Shown here piece after piece: positions 1 to 11,801 of a stretch of DNA of 64,000 bases. Positions within the stretch are counted from its first letter, which is position 1. Every line of letters begins with the position of its first letter. Under the pieces are notes generated by a model, which was not told the DNA's origin, did no database searches, and was given only the letters and a program-made list of their open reading frames with translations. The stretch is taken from positions 10,354,001 through 10,418,000 of the forward strand of contig JBHGNT010000004.1 in NCBI GenBank assembly GCA_043228905.1. The letters are read 5' to 3'. The position numbers and the translations under genes were made by a program. The stretch is from Azolla caroliniana. Taxonomy: Eukaryota > Plantae > Polypodiophyta.

Positions 1-12
1 TACAACGACGAC

Positions 13-1983
13 ATGGCGCATCATTATGCGTACATGACCCGTGTAGCGGAAGTGCGTGAACTGGAGAGCTACGCAAAAGCGGCTAAGGATGTGAATTGGC
101 GCGCCACGATGGAGGAAAAGATGCACGCATTGGCGGAAAATGAGACCTGGGACCTGGTTGACACACCGAAGGGTGTGAAGCCGATCAGATGTAGGTGGGT
201 GTACAAGGTCAAGTGCAACACTGACGGCTCAGTCAACCGATGCAAGGCCCGGTTAGTGGCAAAAGGCTATGCGCAGAAACATGGCATCGACTACGATGAG
301 ACGTTTGTGCCGGTCGCGAAGATGACGACCGTCCGTGTTTTGCTCACGGTAGCTACGGCAAAGGAGTGGCACTTACATGAGATGGATGTAAAGAATGCGT
401 TCCTACAAGGTGAGCTTGAGGAACAAGTGTACATGATACAGCCCCCCGGATTTCACTCCGGAACGAACACGTCGGTCGTGTGCCGATTGAAGAAGTTCCT
501 TTACGGACTGAAGCAAGCCCCGCGTGCCTGGAACGCGAAGAACACGCAACAACTGCGTCGGATGGGTTTTGCAACGTCAAAATCGGACTCTTCCCTGTTT
601 ATCCGAAAAGGTCAACTCGATCCGGTCAGCATTTTACTATATGTTGATGACTTGGTCATCACCGGCACTGACCTAGGTGAAATCGACCACGTGAAGCTCC
701 AACTTGCGGCATCATTCGACATGAAGGATCTGGGGGACCTTCATTACTTCCTCGGGATCGAAGTGATCCGCACCCCCGAAGGCATACTGATCAGCCAACG
801 TCATTACATGCTGAATATGCTCTTCAAATTCGGGATAGCAGACTGTAAGTCTGTCTCGACTCCTCTGGATAGAACCATCAAACTTCACCCCAAATCCAGA
901 AAGGTATGCGACCCGACGAGGTTCCGACAAATTGTTGGAAGCCTTATCTACTTGACAGTCACCCGACCCGATCTCAGTTATCCGGTCGGGGTGATAAGTC
1001 AGTTCATGGCGCGACCTACCAAGGAGCACCTTCAGTGTGCGCAACGCATACTGCGGTACGTAAGTGGCACTAAGGACCAGGGACTGCTATATCGGACCGG
1101 TACAGACTCGCAGTTGGTCGGCTACACCGATGTTGATTGGGCTGGCAACGCCGCCGATCGTCGATCCACGTCCGGATACGCGTTCTCTCTTGGGAGTGTT
1201 GGGATAGCGTGGAGCAGTAAGAAGCAACCGACAGTTGCATTGTCGAGCACCGGAGCTGAGTATAGAGGAGTGGTTGTCGCGACATGCGAAGCCATATGGT
1301 TGAAGTGGCTACTTAAGGATCTGCAGGTAGAGGTGTCCGATCCAACGACTATCTACTGCAACAACCTCAGTAGCATCCAGCTCGCCAAGAACCCCATTTT
1401 CCACGCCCGGACTAAGCACATTGAGGTGCACTACCATATCGTCCGTGTGTGTGTTCTCTCCGGTGAAGTCGAACTTCAGTATGTTCCGACGGATCGGCAG
1501 TCCGCCGACATCTTCACCAAGCCTCTTGGTCTAGACAAGTTGCGCCAATTCTCGTGTGCGCTTGGGTTGCATCACCTCGACGTGCCGAACTTGAGGGGGA
1601 GAGATGTCCCAGATGACCACGGAAGGGCGAGAGAAGACCGTGACACCGAGTCTGATGACGATTTCGATTTCGAATCGGCTGATGAAGTCAAGGGCGGACC
1701 CGCGGAAGATTCCGGAAGCGGACATAAGGGGAACAACCGAAAGGAAGAGCCGAAGACAACCAAGCATAGGGGAGATGACGCTGTCAAGCGCAAGAAGACC
1801 GAAGACGAGTTGGAGACAGCCAACTCGGATGAGAGCGAAAACCAATTGGAGGTAGCTGAGTCGGTTCGGATGTTTGATTCGGATACATTGAATCAACTGA
1901 CGGCCAAGTGGAAGAGAAGGCAACAGGAGAAGTGCCAACACCGCGACAGCGAGGGAGCTATGAAGGGCCGTGGGAGCAGATAA
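13..1983 (+). CDS. Copia pol C-terminal part (RT + RNase H) with a ~125-aa charged C-terminal extension
   Basis: KARLVAKGY, MDVKNAFLQG, LYGLKQAPRAW, LLYVDD, RTKHIEVHYH and ADIFTKPL motifs; the frame stays open through an acidic/basic tail. Confidence 0.9.
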   Translation: MAHHYAYMTRVAEVRELESYAKAAKDVNWRATMEEKMHALAENETWDLVDTPKGVKPIRCRWVYKVKCNTDGSVNRCKARLVAKGYAQKHGIDYDETFVPVAKMTTVRVLLTVATAKEWHLHEMDVKNAFLQGELEEQVYMIQPPGFHSGTNTSVVCRLKKFLYGLKQAPRAWNAKNTQQLRRMGFATSKSDSSLFIRKGQLDPVSILLYVDDLVITGTDLGEIDHVKLQLAASFDMKDLGDLHYFLGIEVIRTPEGILISQRHYMLNMLFKFGIADCKSVSTPLDRTIKLHPKSRKVCDPTRFRQIVGSLIYLTVTRPDLSYPVGVISQFMARPTKEHLQCAQRILRYVSGTKDQGLLYRTGTDSQLVGYTDVDWAGNAADRRSTSGYAFSLGSVGIAWSSKKQPTVALSSTGAEYRGVVVATCEAIWLKWLLKDLQVEVSDPTTIYCNNLSSIQLAKNPIFHARTKHIEVHYHIVRVCVLSGEVELQYVPTDRQSADIFTKPLGLDKLRQFSCALGLHHLDVPNLRGRDVPDDHGRAREDRDTESDDDFDFESADEVKGGPAEDSGSGHKGNNRKEEPKTTKHRGDDAVKRKKTEDELETANSDESENQLEVAESVRMFDSDTLNQLTAKWKRRQQEKCQHRDSEGAMKGRGSR

Positions 1984-2112
1984 GCCGACCGGAAGGGTCG
2001 AAGCGCGCAGAGTCGAACAGGTCGAGGAGCGCGAGCGAGGCGTGGCGCCAGGAGGAACCGGAGCAGTGATCCGGAAGATACCGAAGAGCCTCAAGTTGAG
2101 CTTGAGGGGGAG

Positions 2113-2545
2113 TGTTGAGAGACAATCTCAACATCGGCCGGATCGGCTGAGCAAGCCGAGGACTGGATCGGTTGGGACCGATCGGTTAGGCCGGATCGGT
2201 TGGACACCGGTACGCAGACCGGTGCGTAGGAAGGCCGTATCGATGCGGAAACCGGGAGGCCATCAGAAAGATATTCCGCAAGGAATATATTTGGGAGTTA
2301 GTGTAGGGACTCCTCAATGAGCATTGAAGTACTGTCAGTACTTCTGTCAGTCCAAAAAGGACTTGTATAAAAGTGTTCATTGAAAACACACGATGTACAG
2401 ATCGAGTATTATTTTTTGAATTAAGTTCTTGTGTTTACTCTCTCTCTCTCTCTCCCGTGCGTACTATGCAAACCTAAGCTTTCCATTAAACCTGTGTTTT
2501 CTGTTGTTCGGTTTCCTATATTGTTTCTGCACGCCATTCTTTTCA
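2113..2545 (+). repeat. 3' LTR of Copia A
   Basis: TG...CA termini directly after the PPT; TATA-like TATAAAA and CT-rich U5; the right flank resumes Copia RT sequence (TGGGTGTACAAA). Confidence 0.88.
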
Positions 2546-5426
2546 TGGGTGTACAAATGAAAATCGGGAGATGGCGGGAATCCACTCAGATATAAATCTA
2601 GAATCATTGTAAAGGGATTTCAACAAAAGAAGGGTGTCGATTTCCATGAAATATTTGCCTCGGTGGTGAAAATGACCTCTGTTCGAACAGTGTTGAGCAT
2701 AGCGGCTAGCATGGAGATTCGAATGTTGAAGAAGGCCCTGAGTAGGTCATTCTTAATGAAAGACATGGGTTCGGAAAAACAAATTGTGGGGATGCACATA
2801 GTCCGAGATCGGACAAAGAAGATGTTATGGATGTCACATGAAAAATACGTGACAAAGGTGCTCCAAAGATTCGGCATGGAAAGCGCGAAATCAATCTGTT
2901 TGACATTCCCGACAAACAGCAAATTATCATCAACACAATGTCCGAAGATGAAAACATAGAAAGTTGAAATGATGAAGGTACCTTATGCTTCAGTAGTCTT
3001 AAGCCTAATGTCGTGATGGTATGTACCAGGCCGGACATTGGATATGCAGTCGAAGTCGTCAGTCGATACATGAGCAACCTAGAAGAGAGCATTGGGTTGC
3101 AACCAAATGGATACTTTGGTACTTGAAAGGCACCCCCAACATGTGCCTCCGATTTAGTTCAGGTAACCCCGTGTTAGAAGGCTTTACTAACTCAGACATG
3201 TCGGTTGATGTAGATACCAGTCTGGGTGCATGATGACTTGTGTAGGGGGAGTCATCTCGTGGCAGTCAAGGTTGCAGAAGGTCGTGAAATTGTTGACCAT
3301 GGAGGCCGAGTACATGGCAGTTGTCGAAGTCAGCAAAGAAATGATATGGATGAAGGAGTTTGTTAGAGATCTGGGAATTCAACAGGTGATTTCCTACTCT
3401 ACTGTGACAACCAAAGTGTCATCCACCTTGCCAAGAACATGGCTTACCAATCAAGGACCAAACACATCCAAATGCGATATCATTAGCTCCGAGAATGAGT
3501 AGAACAAGGGGAGTTTGCTCTGACGAAGATCCAAACATCGGAGAACCGATCCGACATGCTAACAAAGGTGTTGTCGCAGAAAGGCTAGAAGCATGTCAGA
3601 GTCAAGTCAGACTAGTGAAGCCCCATCCAAAGTGAAAGGGGAGTTTGTTGAGAATTAGGTCCCTTTCGGATGGGCCAAATTTGGGACAAAAGAAAATGTA
3701 AATAGGTTTGAGTTGAGCCTACTTAGGCCAGTTATGTAAATAGCCCGAAAGTTATCTAAGTATAAAGATAACTAGGGCAAACCTTATGTCAATGAGAAAA
3801 CCTATTTCGTCTTGTTCATTGTCTAGTTGAGTGGGTAACTGAGTACAGTGCGTGCGAGATCGTTGCCTCCATAGCTCGAACAGACGAAGCGTTGTCGTGG
3901 CGTGGCTCGCCTAAAAGCGTAGCATTGCGTAGACAAAAGATATTGTGAAAGTGAGGAAGGAATCACTGGGATTATGGACGAAAGAGTAGATGTGTTGCAA
4001 ACAGAGATCAACGAAATATGACAAGATAGGATGTAAAATGATATTTGAGGGAACGTAAGAAATTTATAATTATTAGACGAAAGAGTTACAAAATAGTTGT
4101 GAGTGTCGTTGAACCTTTGCACTTCATCTGTCAAGGTAGACCACAATCTTCGCTTCTATCGCTCTTCTCTTTCTTGATAGTAGACCACAATCTTCTCTTC
4201 TATCTCGAACCTCCACCCTTCTTGTTGAGAGTTGAGCACCACAACCACCATCATTTTGTTGTAAACCAATTGTCTCATGGGCCAATTTTGGCCTTTGAAG
4301 ACGTTAATATATCTTTCTTTCTTCTTTCTTTCTATATCTTTCTTTCTTCTTTCTTTCTTCTTTCTTTCTTCTTTCTTTCTTGTATATTGACCTTGTTTTC
4401 TTCTTTCTCTATTGTGGTATCTCTTACAACATAACTCTATTTGATTCTATTGATATATATAATATAGTTCTTTTGATATTGATCAATCCCTTGATGTCCT
4501 TGTGACTATACTCCCTTCTCCTTTTATAGGAAGGGGATGGTTTTGCATGTGAGCCATATGTCACACATGCAAAGAGGGCTCTTGCATATGTGCTACAATA
4601 TGGTGCACATGTAGTACATTGCATGGTTTAGACTATACAATGCTACTTCAAATAAAACAACACATTTTCTTTTATATATATAATGAGTATTGGTTAAATG
4701 GTAGGGTTTGAGGTTCATAATGTAGAGGTTGTTGGTTCAAGTCTTCTCTCGCCCATGTAATACAATATATGGTGCACATGTAGTACATTATATGGTTTAG
4801 GATTTAAACCATCCAATATTACTTCAAATAAAACAAGACATATAACTATGTGCATATCACAAGTATAGGGTAAATGGTAAGGTTTCAAAGTCATAAGGTG
4901 GGTGTTATTGGTTCAAGTCCTCTCTTGTGCATGTAATATAAGATTTATTTATTTATTTATTTCTACATATAATGTATAATATTATCATAGTGTGTTTTTA
5001 ATATTACCTTTATAAACATTATCAAGATATATTTTATTTTAGTTACATATTTATCTTATTGTAGACTTTTAATATGAAGCATTCGTACTTCACGACAGCA
5101 TGTGAGAATGAGAGAGACACTGGGAGTGCTTCTATTGTAATCGCCAGTCGGCGAAGTGAACGACCTCAGGTCGATGCCTGTGTGTTTGTTCATTGTATAT
5201 CTCTCTTGTAGTGATATGTTTGGTGTTTGTGGGCACCCGTGATTTTTACCCTATTTGGGGTTTTCCACGATATATCTTGTGCACATATATTTTTCTTCTC
5301 TCTCTCTCTCTCTCTGTTTGCTTGTTGCTCCTATTCCACATTCGACTCGGTTGTGGCCGAGTTCCTGTTTTTCTATCAATATGGTCATTGCTCAATAACC
5401 CGAAGATCAAATTTCCATTCTCAACA
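2546..5426 (+). mobile_element. Degenerate Copia B remnant (same lineage as E/F/G): RT-RH fragments and an interrupted 3' LTR
   Basis: Fragments VKMTSVRTVLSIAAS, KWILWYLKGT and ISWQSRLQK with frameshifts and stops. PPT GTGAAAGGGGAG, LTR start TGTTG at 3646. LTR-like sequence resumes at ~5100 and ends TCAACA at 5426, with ~1.3 kb of unrelated DNA between. Confidence 0.75.
4595..4940 (+). repeat. Two tandem ~170-176-bp units, each with a degenerate tRNA-like (A box / CAT loop / B box) segment
   Basis: TATGGTGCACATGTAGTACATT at ~4599 and ~4768; GGTTCAAGTC at 4734 and 4910; TGGTTAAATGG at 4691. Confidence 0.6.
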
Positions 5427-5562
5427 ATGCCTAGTTTGAACTAGTTCCAAAGGAGATGGCCTCACATTGTGCAGTATCATACAATCTTTTGCAATTTCAT
5501 CGTTTAAACTTATGTGTCCTACTACCCTCCCTTTTTTAACTAATAGTTAGCTTCTCATACTA

Positions 5563-6254
5563 TTTTTTTCTTTTTTTCTTTTTTTTTTTCCAGAAAAAAC
5601 TCCTTCTATTAGTTATAAAATTTTACATATGATATTAATATATACAAATCCCTGTAGGGACACGATAGGTCCATCTTATGTGGATGCCCACCGACTCAAT
5701 AAAGGGGGAGGTCGACCATTGTTGGATGAAGGCTAATCGTTGTCTTTCAACTCCATCGGAGTCGTCGTTGAGGCCATCATATTGGGTTTTTAGAGTGGCT
5801 ATAACTTCACTCCATATCTCTTGCATTAACACTGTTGGTTGCACGGTTTGGTTGGAGAAGACCTATCTACACCATTGTTTCCATAGAGTCCAAAGCGTTA
5901 TTGGGTTGACCAATTTCAACACAACTTGAGATTTGGCATTAATAAGAATTGAGTGGATATTGCCAATGGTGGAAAAAAAACCTCTTGTGCTTTTATAACC
6001 AAAGCCATCCCCTCCGGATGCTCATATTTGTCAAATGGGGCCTACCATGATAGCCAACATATATTTCCCCACATGATTAAACCTTGCACCTAGCATAATT
6101 GCAATAAGCGGCCAACCCCCTGCCATATTCGATGGGCCTTTGGGCAGTCCCACAAAGCGTGTCAGATTGATTCTATTGCATTTGGGCACACTACACAATT
6201 AGGAGAGCTAAGGTTCCCACGCTGCCATGCACCAACCGGTAGTGACCTATGTAT
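5563..6254 (-). mobile_element. L1-like LINE 3' end (zf-RVT-type C-terminus and poly(A) tail)
   Basis: The minus strand reads LPVGAW...CVVCPNAIESI*HALWDCPKAHRIW (CxxC...E..H...C). T-rich tract at 5563-5589 is poly(A) on the minus strand. The frame continues from 22948 across Copia C. Confidence 0.75.
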
Positions 6255-6633
6255 TGTAAACGATTAATTGCGGAAGCGTTAGAAAACAAAGAAAGTAGTG
6301 AATACACAGAGTATGCAGGAGAGACAGAGAGAGCAAAACGTAAAAACTATATTCAAAAACGATATAATTACACAGTCACCTACAACTATGCTCAATAGCA
6401 TTATTTATACAAGTCCTCGTGGGACTGACAGAAGTACCGCGTACTTCAATGCTCACACGAGCATCTGACACTTACTACGAGACTATAATTGCCTAGTAGT
6501 CTACACTAATACTAGGCTTCCGGTTACTGATTGGATCCGGCTAAACGGCTCCCCAGCTCACCCGCTTTGTTGCTTGCCAGACCAGTTGCTCACAGCTTAC
6601 TGATCCGGCTCCAGTTGAGCTTGCCGCTCAACA
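6255..6633 (-). repeat. 3' LTR of Copia C
   Basis: Direct repeat of 22534-22947 lacking a 36-bp segment; adjacent to the minus-strand PPT (CTCCCCCTCAAG on +). Confidence 0.9.
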
Positions 6634-7429
6634 CTCCCCCTCAAGCTCAACTTGAGGTTGGATCCTAGTGTCAGTCTCTGTGGCAGTCGGTATTTCCAAC
6701 CGACTTCTCCTGGCGTCGCTCCGCCTTGCTCGCGCTCCTCGTCCGGTTTGGTTCTGTTTGCCGCGACCCCTCTTGTTCCGCGCACCTCGATCATCTCAGT
6801 CGGTATGTCTGCTCAATAGGCTCCTCTCAGCTCCTTCGTTGTTATGACTCCGGTGCTTGCCGATCCGTCAGTTCCTCCGCGATGGCATCGACTTCCACTA
6901 CATCCGTGTCTGCTAGGCCTTTGTAGAAAGTAGCGTGCGGAAGCAGATATGAAGACGGAACAGAAGGAAACTCAGGTTCAATGGAGAGCTTGAGCTTACG
7001 CAGTATACGCAGGAGAGACAGAGAGAGTGAGAGAGAAGACAAGAACTATATTCAACAATAATACTCGTTCTGTACATAAGACGTGCTCAGTGAACACTTT
7101 TATACAAGTCCTAGAAGGACTGACCGAAGTACTGACAGTACTTCAATGCTCATCAAGAACTCCTACACTAACTCCCAAATATATTCCTCATGGAATATCT
7201 TTCCTAACGACCTCCCGGTTTACGCACTCGGCCTAACCGATCGGTCCCAACCGATCCAGTCCTCGGCTTCTTCAGCCAATCCGGCCGATGTTGAGCTTGT
7301 CTCTCAACACTCCCCCTCAAGCTCAACTCGAGGCTCTTCGGGATCCTCGGGCTCACAGCTCCGGTTCCTCCTGGCTTCACGCCTCGCTCGCGCTCCTCGA
7401 CCTATTCGACTCCGCGCGCTTCGACCCTT

Positions 7430-10400
7430 CTAGTCGGCTTGTCTGCCCATGTGGCCCTTATCAGCTCTTCTGCTGTTGCGGTCTTGACGCTTCTCCTGCT
7501 GCCTTTTCTTCCGCTTGGGCCTTGGTTGATTCAGCGTATCTGAATCAAACATCTGAACCAACTCGGCTTCCTCCGATTGGTTTTCGCTCTCGTCCGAGTT
7601 GGCTGTCTCCAACTCGTCTTCGGTTTTCTCGCCCTTGATGGCGTCATCTCCCCCATGCGTGGTTGGCTTCAGCTCTCTCCTTCGGTTGCTCCCCTTATGT
7701 TCGCTTTCGGACTTTTCTGTGGGTTCGCCCTCGGCTTCTTCAGCCGATCCGAACTCGAACTCGACAACCAAGTCTACCGAGGTAGACTCGGTGTCGCGGT
7801 CACCGCTCCTTTCCTGCTGCCTTGCTTGGTCATTCGGGACTGTTCTCCCCCTCAAGGTCGGCACATCGAGGTGACGCAACCCGAGTGCACCTGAGAATTG
7901 CCGCAACTTGTCCAGACCAAGAGGCTTGGTGAAAAATGTCGGCAGTCTGCCGAGCCGTTGGAACATACTGAAGTTCGACTTCACCAGAAAGGACACGTTC
8001 GCGGACGAAATGGTAGTGCACCTCAATGTGCTTGGTCCGTGCGTGGAAAACGGGGTTCTTCGCGAGCTAGATGTTGCTGAGGTTGTCGCAGTAGATCGTC
8101 GTCGGATCTGACACCTCCACTTGCAGATCCTTAAGCAGCCGGTTCAACCATATGGCTTCGCATGTCGCGACAGCTGCTCCTCGGTACTTAGCTTCGGTGC
8201 TCGACAGTGCAACTGTCAGCTGCTTCTTACTGCTCCACGCGATCGCGGCACTCCCGAGGGAGAACGCGTATCCAGACGTGGATTGGCGATCGGCGGCATT
8301 GGCAGCTCAATCAGCATCGGTGTAGCCAACTAACTGCGCGGCTGCACTGGTTCGATATAGCAATCCCCGGTCCTTAGTGCCGTTGACATACCGAAGTATG
8401 CATTGCGCACACTGAAGGTGCTCCTCGGTAGGTCGCGCCATGAACTGACCGATCACCCCGACCGGATAACTGAGGTCGGATTGGGTGATGGTCAAGTATA
8501 TGAGGCTTCCGACAATTTGTCGGAACCTCGTCGGGTCGCATACCTTTCCCGTATCGGGACGAAGCTTCACGGTTCTATCCAGAGGAGTCGAGACGGACTT
8601 ACAGTCGGCCATCCCGAATTTGAAGAGCATACTCAGCACGTATTGACGTTGGCTGATCAATATGCCTTCGGGGGTAAGGATCACTTCGATCCCGAGGAAG
8701 TAATGAAGGTCCCCCAGATCCTTCATGTCGAACGATGCCGCAAGCTGGAGCTTCATGCGGTCGATTTCACCTAGGTCAGCGCCGGTGATGACCAAGTCAT
8801 CAACATACAGTAAAATACTAACCGGTCCGAGTCGACCTTTCCAGATGAACAGGGAAGAGTCTGATTTTGACGTGACGAAGCCCATCCGACGCAGTTGTTG
8901 CGTGATCTTCGCGTTCCAGGCAGGTGGGGCTTGCTTCAGTCTGTAAAGGGACTTCTTTAGTCGGCATACTGCCGAGGAGTTCGTTCCAGAGTGAAATCCG
9001 GGGGGTTGTACCATGTACACCTGTTCCTCAAGGTCACCTTGCAGGAACGCATTCTTTACATTCATCTGATGTAAGTGCCACCCCTTGCCCGCAGCTACTG
9101 CGAGCAAAACACGGACGGTCGTCATTTTCGCGACCAGTGCAAACGTCTCATCGTAGTCGATGTCGTGTTTCTGCGCGTAGCCCTTTGCCACTAGCCGAGC
9201 CTTGTACCGGTTGACCGAGCCATCGGTGTTGTACTTGACCTTGTACACCCACCTACACCCGATCGGTTTTACCCCTCTTGGTGCGCCAACCATGTCCCAG
9301 GTCTCGTTCTCCGCCAATGCGTGCATCTCTTCCTCCATCGCTTCATGCCAATTCGTGTCTTTAGCCGCTTCTGCGTAGCTCTCCGGCTCACGCACTTCCG
9401 CTACACGAGTCATGTACACATAATGATGCGTCATGTACGCAAAACAGGATTCTTCTGGCGGGTAGATCGGCGTAACCTCACATTAGCCGATGTCGAGGCG
9501 TTCTCGGTTGACGCGGTCTTTACCTTTAAAGACCCGTCACCGGTTCCCTCGGAGTCAGACTCGCGTCGGTCTGACTCGTTCTTATCCGTGCCGGAATCCG
9601 ACACCTTCTTCTTCCCTTTCTCCTTGCGCGTAAGCCGTCTCCTCGGCTTCCTGCGCGGGGAATGCACGGCCGAGTCTCCACTACTCGCCGGCTCTTCATC
9701 GGACTGGTCGTACTGACTCAGTCGTCCAATTGGTCCACTTATCCGGAGTGAAATCGGACTTTCTTCGCGGGTCTCGATTTCTGGCTCATCCAGAGGAATC
9801 TCAGCCTCCCTAACCTCATCGTCAGAACTCGTATTGGAGTCGGGGTTCCGAGGCGAGGGTAGGTACCAGGACGCGGACTCGTCAAACACAACATCGCGGT
9901 TGACACGCGCTTGTTTGGTGCGAGGGTTATTGCACATAAAACCCTTCTGCTCATCCGAGTAACCGACCAAGATGCATTTCTCGGCCTTTGCGTCCAGCTT
10001 CCTCCTTTTCTCCTTCGGTATATGCACATACGCAATGCTACCGAACACCCTCAAGTGTCGAAGGTTCGGCTTCGTTCCGAAATATTGCTCGTGCGCCGAC
10101 ACTTTGTCTCCGATCCGGTTCTGGATGTATACCGCGGTCCTTACCGCCTCGGCCCACTAGAACTTGGGCAAGCTCTTCTCCTCCAGCATTGCCTGTGCTG
10201 CTTCCACAACTGACCGATTCTTTCTCTCGGCCACGCCGTTCTGCTCTAGCGTGTATCTACAACTGAATTCGCGGCGAATTCCCATTTGTTGTAGGTAACC
10301 GTTGAATTGACCGGAAAAGTACTCTTTTCCGCCATCCGACCGCAGGCACTTGATCTTTCGTCCCATTTCGGCTTCCACGAACCCTTTGAGGTCCCGGAAA

Positions 10401-11800
10401 CAGTCGAAGACTTCGCTCTTCCTCTCAATGAGGTAGATCCACGTGTGCCGCGTGTGGTTGTCAATGAAGGAGACGAAATATCGGCTCCTGCCAAGACTAA
10501 CGTTTTGTGCCGGCCCCCATACATCGGAATGTATAAGGTCGAGCTTGTTCCGGCTCCGGTTTCGTTCGTTGGGGAAAGGAAGTCGGTGTTGCTTCCCGAG
10601 CTGGCAGGCTTCACAAATTTGTGCCTTTTGGCCACTAAATTTGGGCAATCCAAACACTACCTGTTTCGATTGCAGATCTTGAAGCCGCTGGTAGTTGACG
10701 TGGCCTATCCGCTTGTGCCACAAGTCGATGTCCGACTCGGCTTTTTTTCCCTTCGCGAACATTGCGGTGCCGCCGTCAGTGGAATCGAGGATGAACATCC
10801 TCCCGTCTCTGCGCCCTTGCGCAATCACACGGCCTTCTTCCTCAATGAAGCACCCGAGGTGTGTAAACCAAACCTCCATCCCTTGGTCGACGATCTGTCC
10901 AACCGAGACCAAGTTTTTCGTGATTGTCGGGCGTGCAACACATTCATGAGTTTCCCTTTCTGCCCGACATGGCTAAGGGGAACTTCTCCGACATTCGCGA
11001 TCGGATGTGGAGTGTCGTCGCCAGTTGCGACTACTCCAGGTTGTATCGGTTTTTCAAGGTACGAGAACCACTCCTTTTGGCTCCTCATGTGGTTTGACGC
11101 ACCGGAGTCTACGTACCACACCTCGTCCGATCTCGGGGTGGTCTGCTTCATTGAGTTTACTTCGTGTCTCGTCACGAAGACAGACCCTTCTCCGGCTCTC
11201 CCGGAGTCTTCGGCGTAGTGCGATCGCTGTCGATTTCCCTTGTCGGTATGTCCAGGGCCGTTTCTGGAACCGGTTCTCTCCGAATCGGCGCGCTTCTTCC
11301 AGCACTCACTTTCCCTGTGGCCTTTCTTGCCACAGTACCAGCACTCTACGATGGCCTTCCCTTGCCAGTACTCATCACTTCGACTCCCCCTGTTTCCGGA
11401 GGGTCCGGAGTTGCTGTCGGCATCACTTCGGTGCCTTCTTCCTTGATCTCGTCGGCCGCCTCCATTGCGCGCTGACTCGCCTCGTCCTCCACGTCCATGG
11501 GGCCTATCTCCCTCCGTGTACAGCATTCTGTTGTCGGTGTGCGTGCTTGTAGACGCACCCGCGTGGTTCTCCTCTACTAGGAGCATCGACTGTAAGTCGA
11601 AAAAGGACAGTGTATTCTCCCGGGTACACACAGCCGTTCGGAACGCTCCGAACTTCGACGCCAAACCTCCGAGACAGATCTGGACCATCTCGCTCTCCTC
11701 GATGTTCACCTCTATGGAGGCGAGGGAGTCGCAGATATCCTTGATCTTCGAGGTATAGTCCGCCACCGACAAGTCGCGTTGTTGTAGGTTGCTCAACTTC
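7430..11800 (-). pseudogene. Disrupted gag-pol of Copia D
   Basis: Zinc knuckle CWYCGKKGHRESEC, protease WYVDSGASNH, INT WHKRIGH/CEACQLGKQ/RSDGGKEY and RT LLYVDD, split by stops and frameshifts. Confidence 0.88.
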
Positions 11801-11801
11801 T

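Larger units (their letters stand above)
1..2545 (+). mobile_element. Ty1/Copia LTR retrotransposon A, 3' part (RT-RNase H, 3' extension, PPT, 3' LTR); begins before the window
   Basis: Copia RT/RH motifs in ORF 13-1983. PPT CTTGAGGGGGAG at 2101-2112, then an LTR TGTTGAG...TTTCA at 2113-2545 homologous to the LTRs of D and H. Confidence 0.93.

Noticed and set aside
4685-4935. Functional tRNA-Met genes
   Set aside because: Acceptor and anticodon stems do not pair convincingly; reported as tRNA-like repeats only.
3820-5097. Helitron or single intact element as the insertion in the Copia B LTR
   Set aside because: No convincing 3' hairpin-CTAG or matching TSD; it looks like a composite of LTR fragments with unresolved boundaries.
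10307-11218. Long antisense ORFs overlapping pol genes (this 303-aa one and many shorter)
   Set aside because: Shadow frames of GC-rich retroelement coding sequence, not conserved as ORFs between related copies C, D and H.
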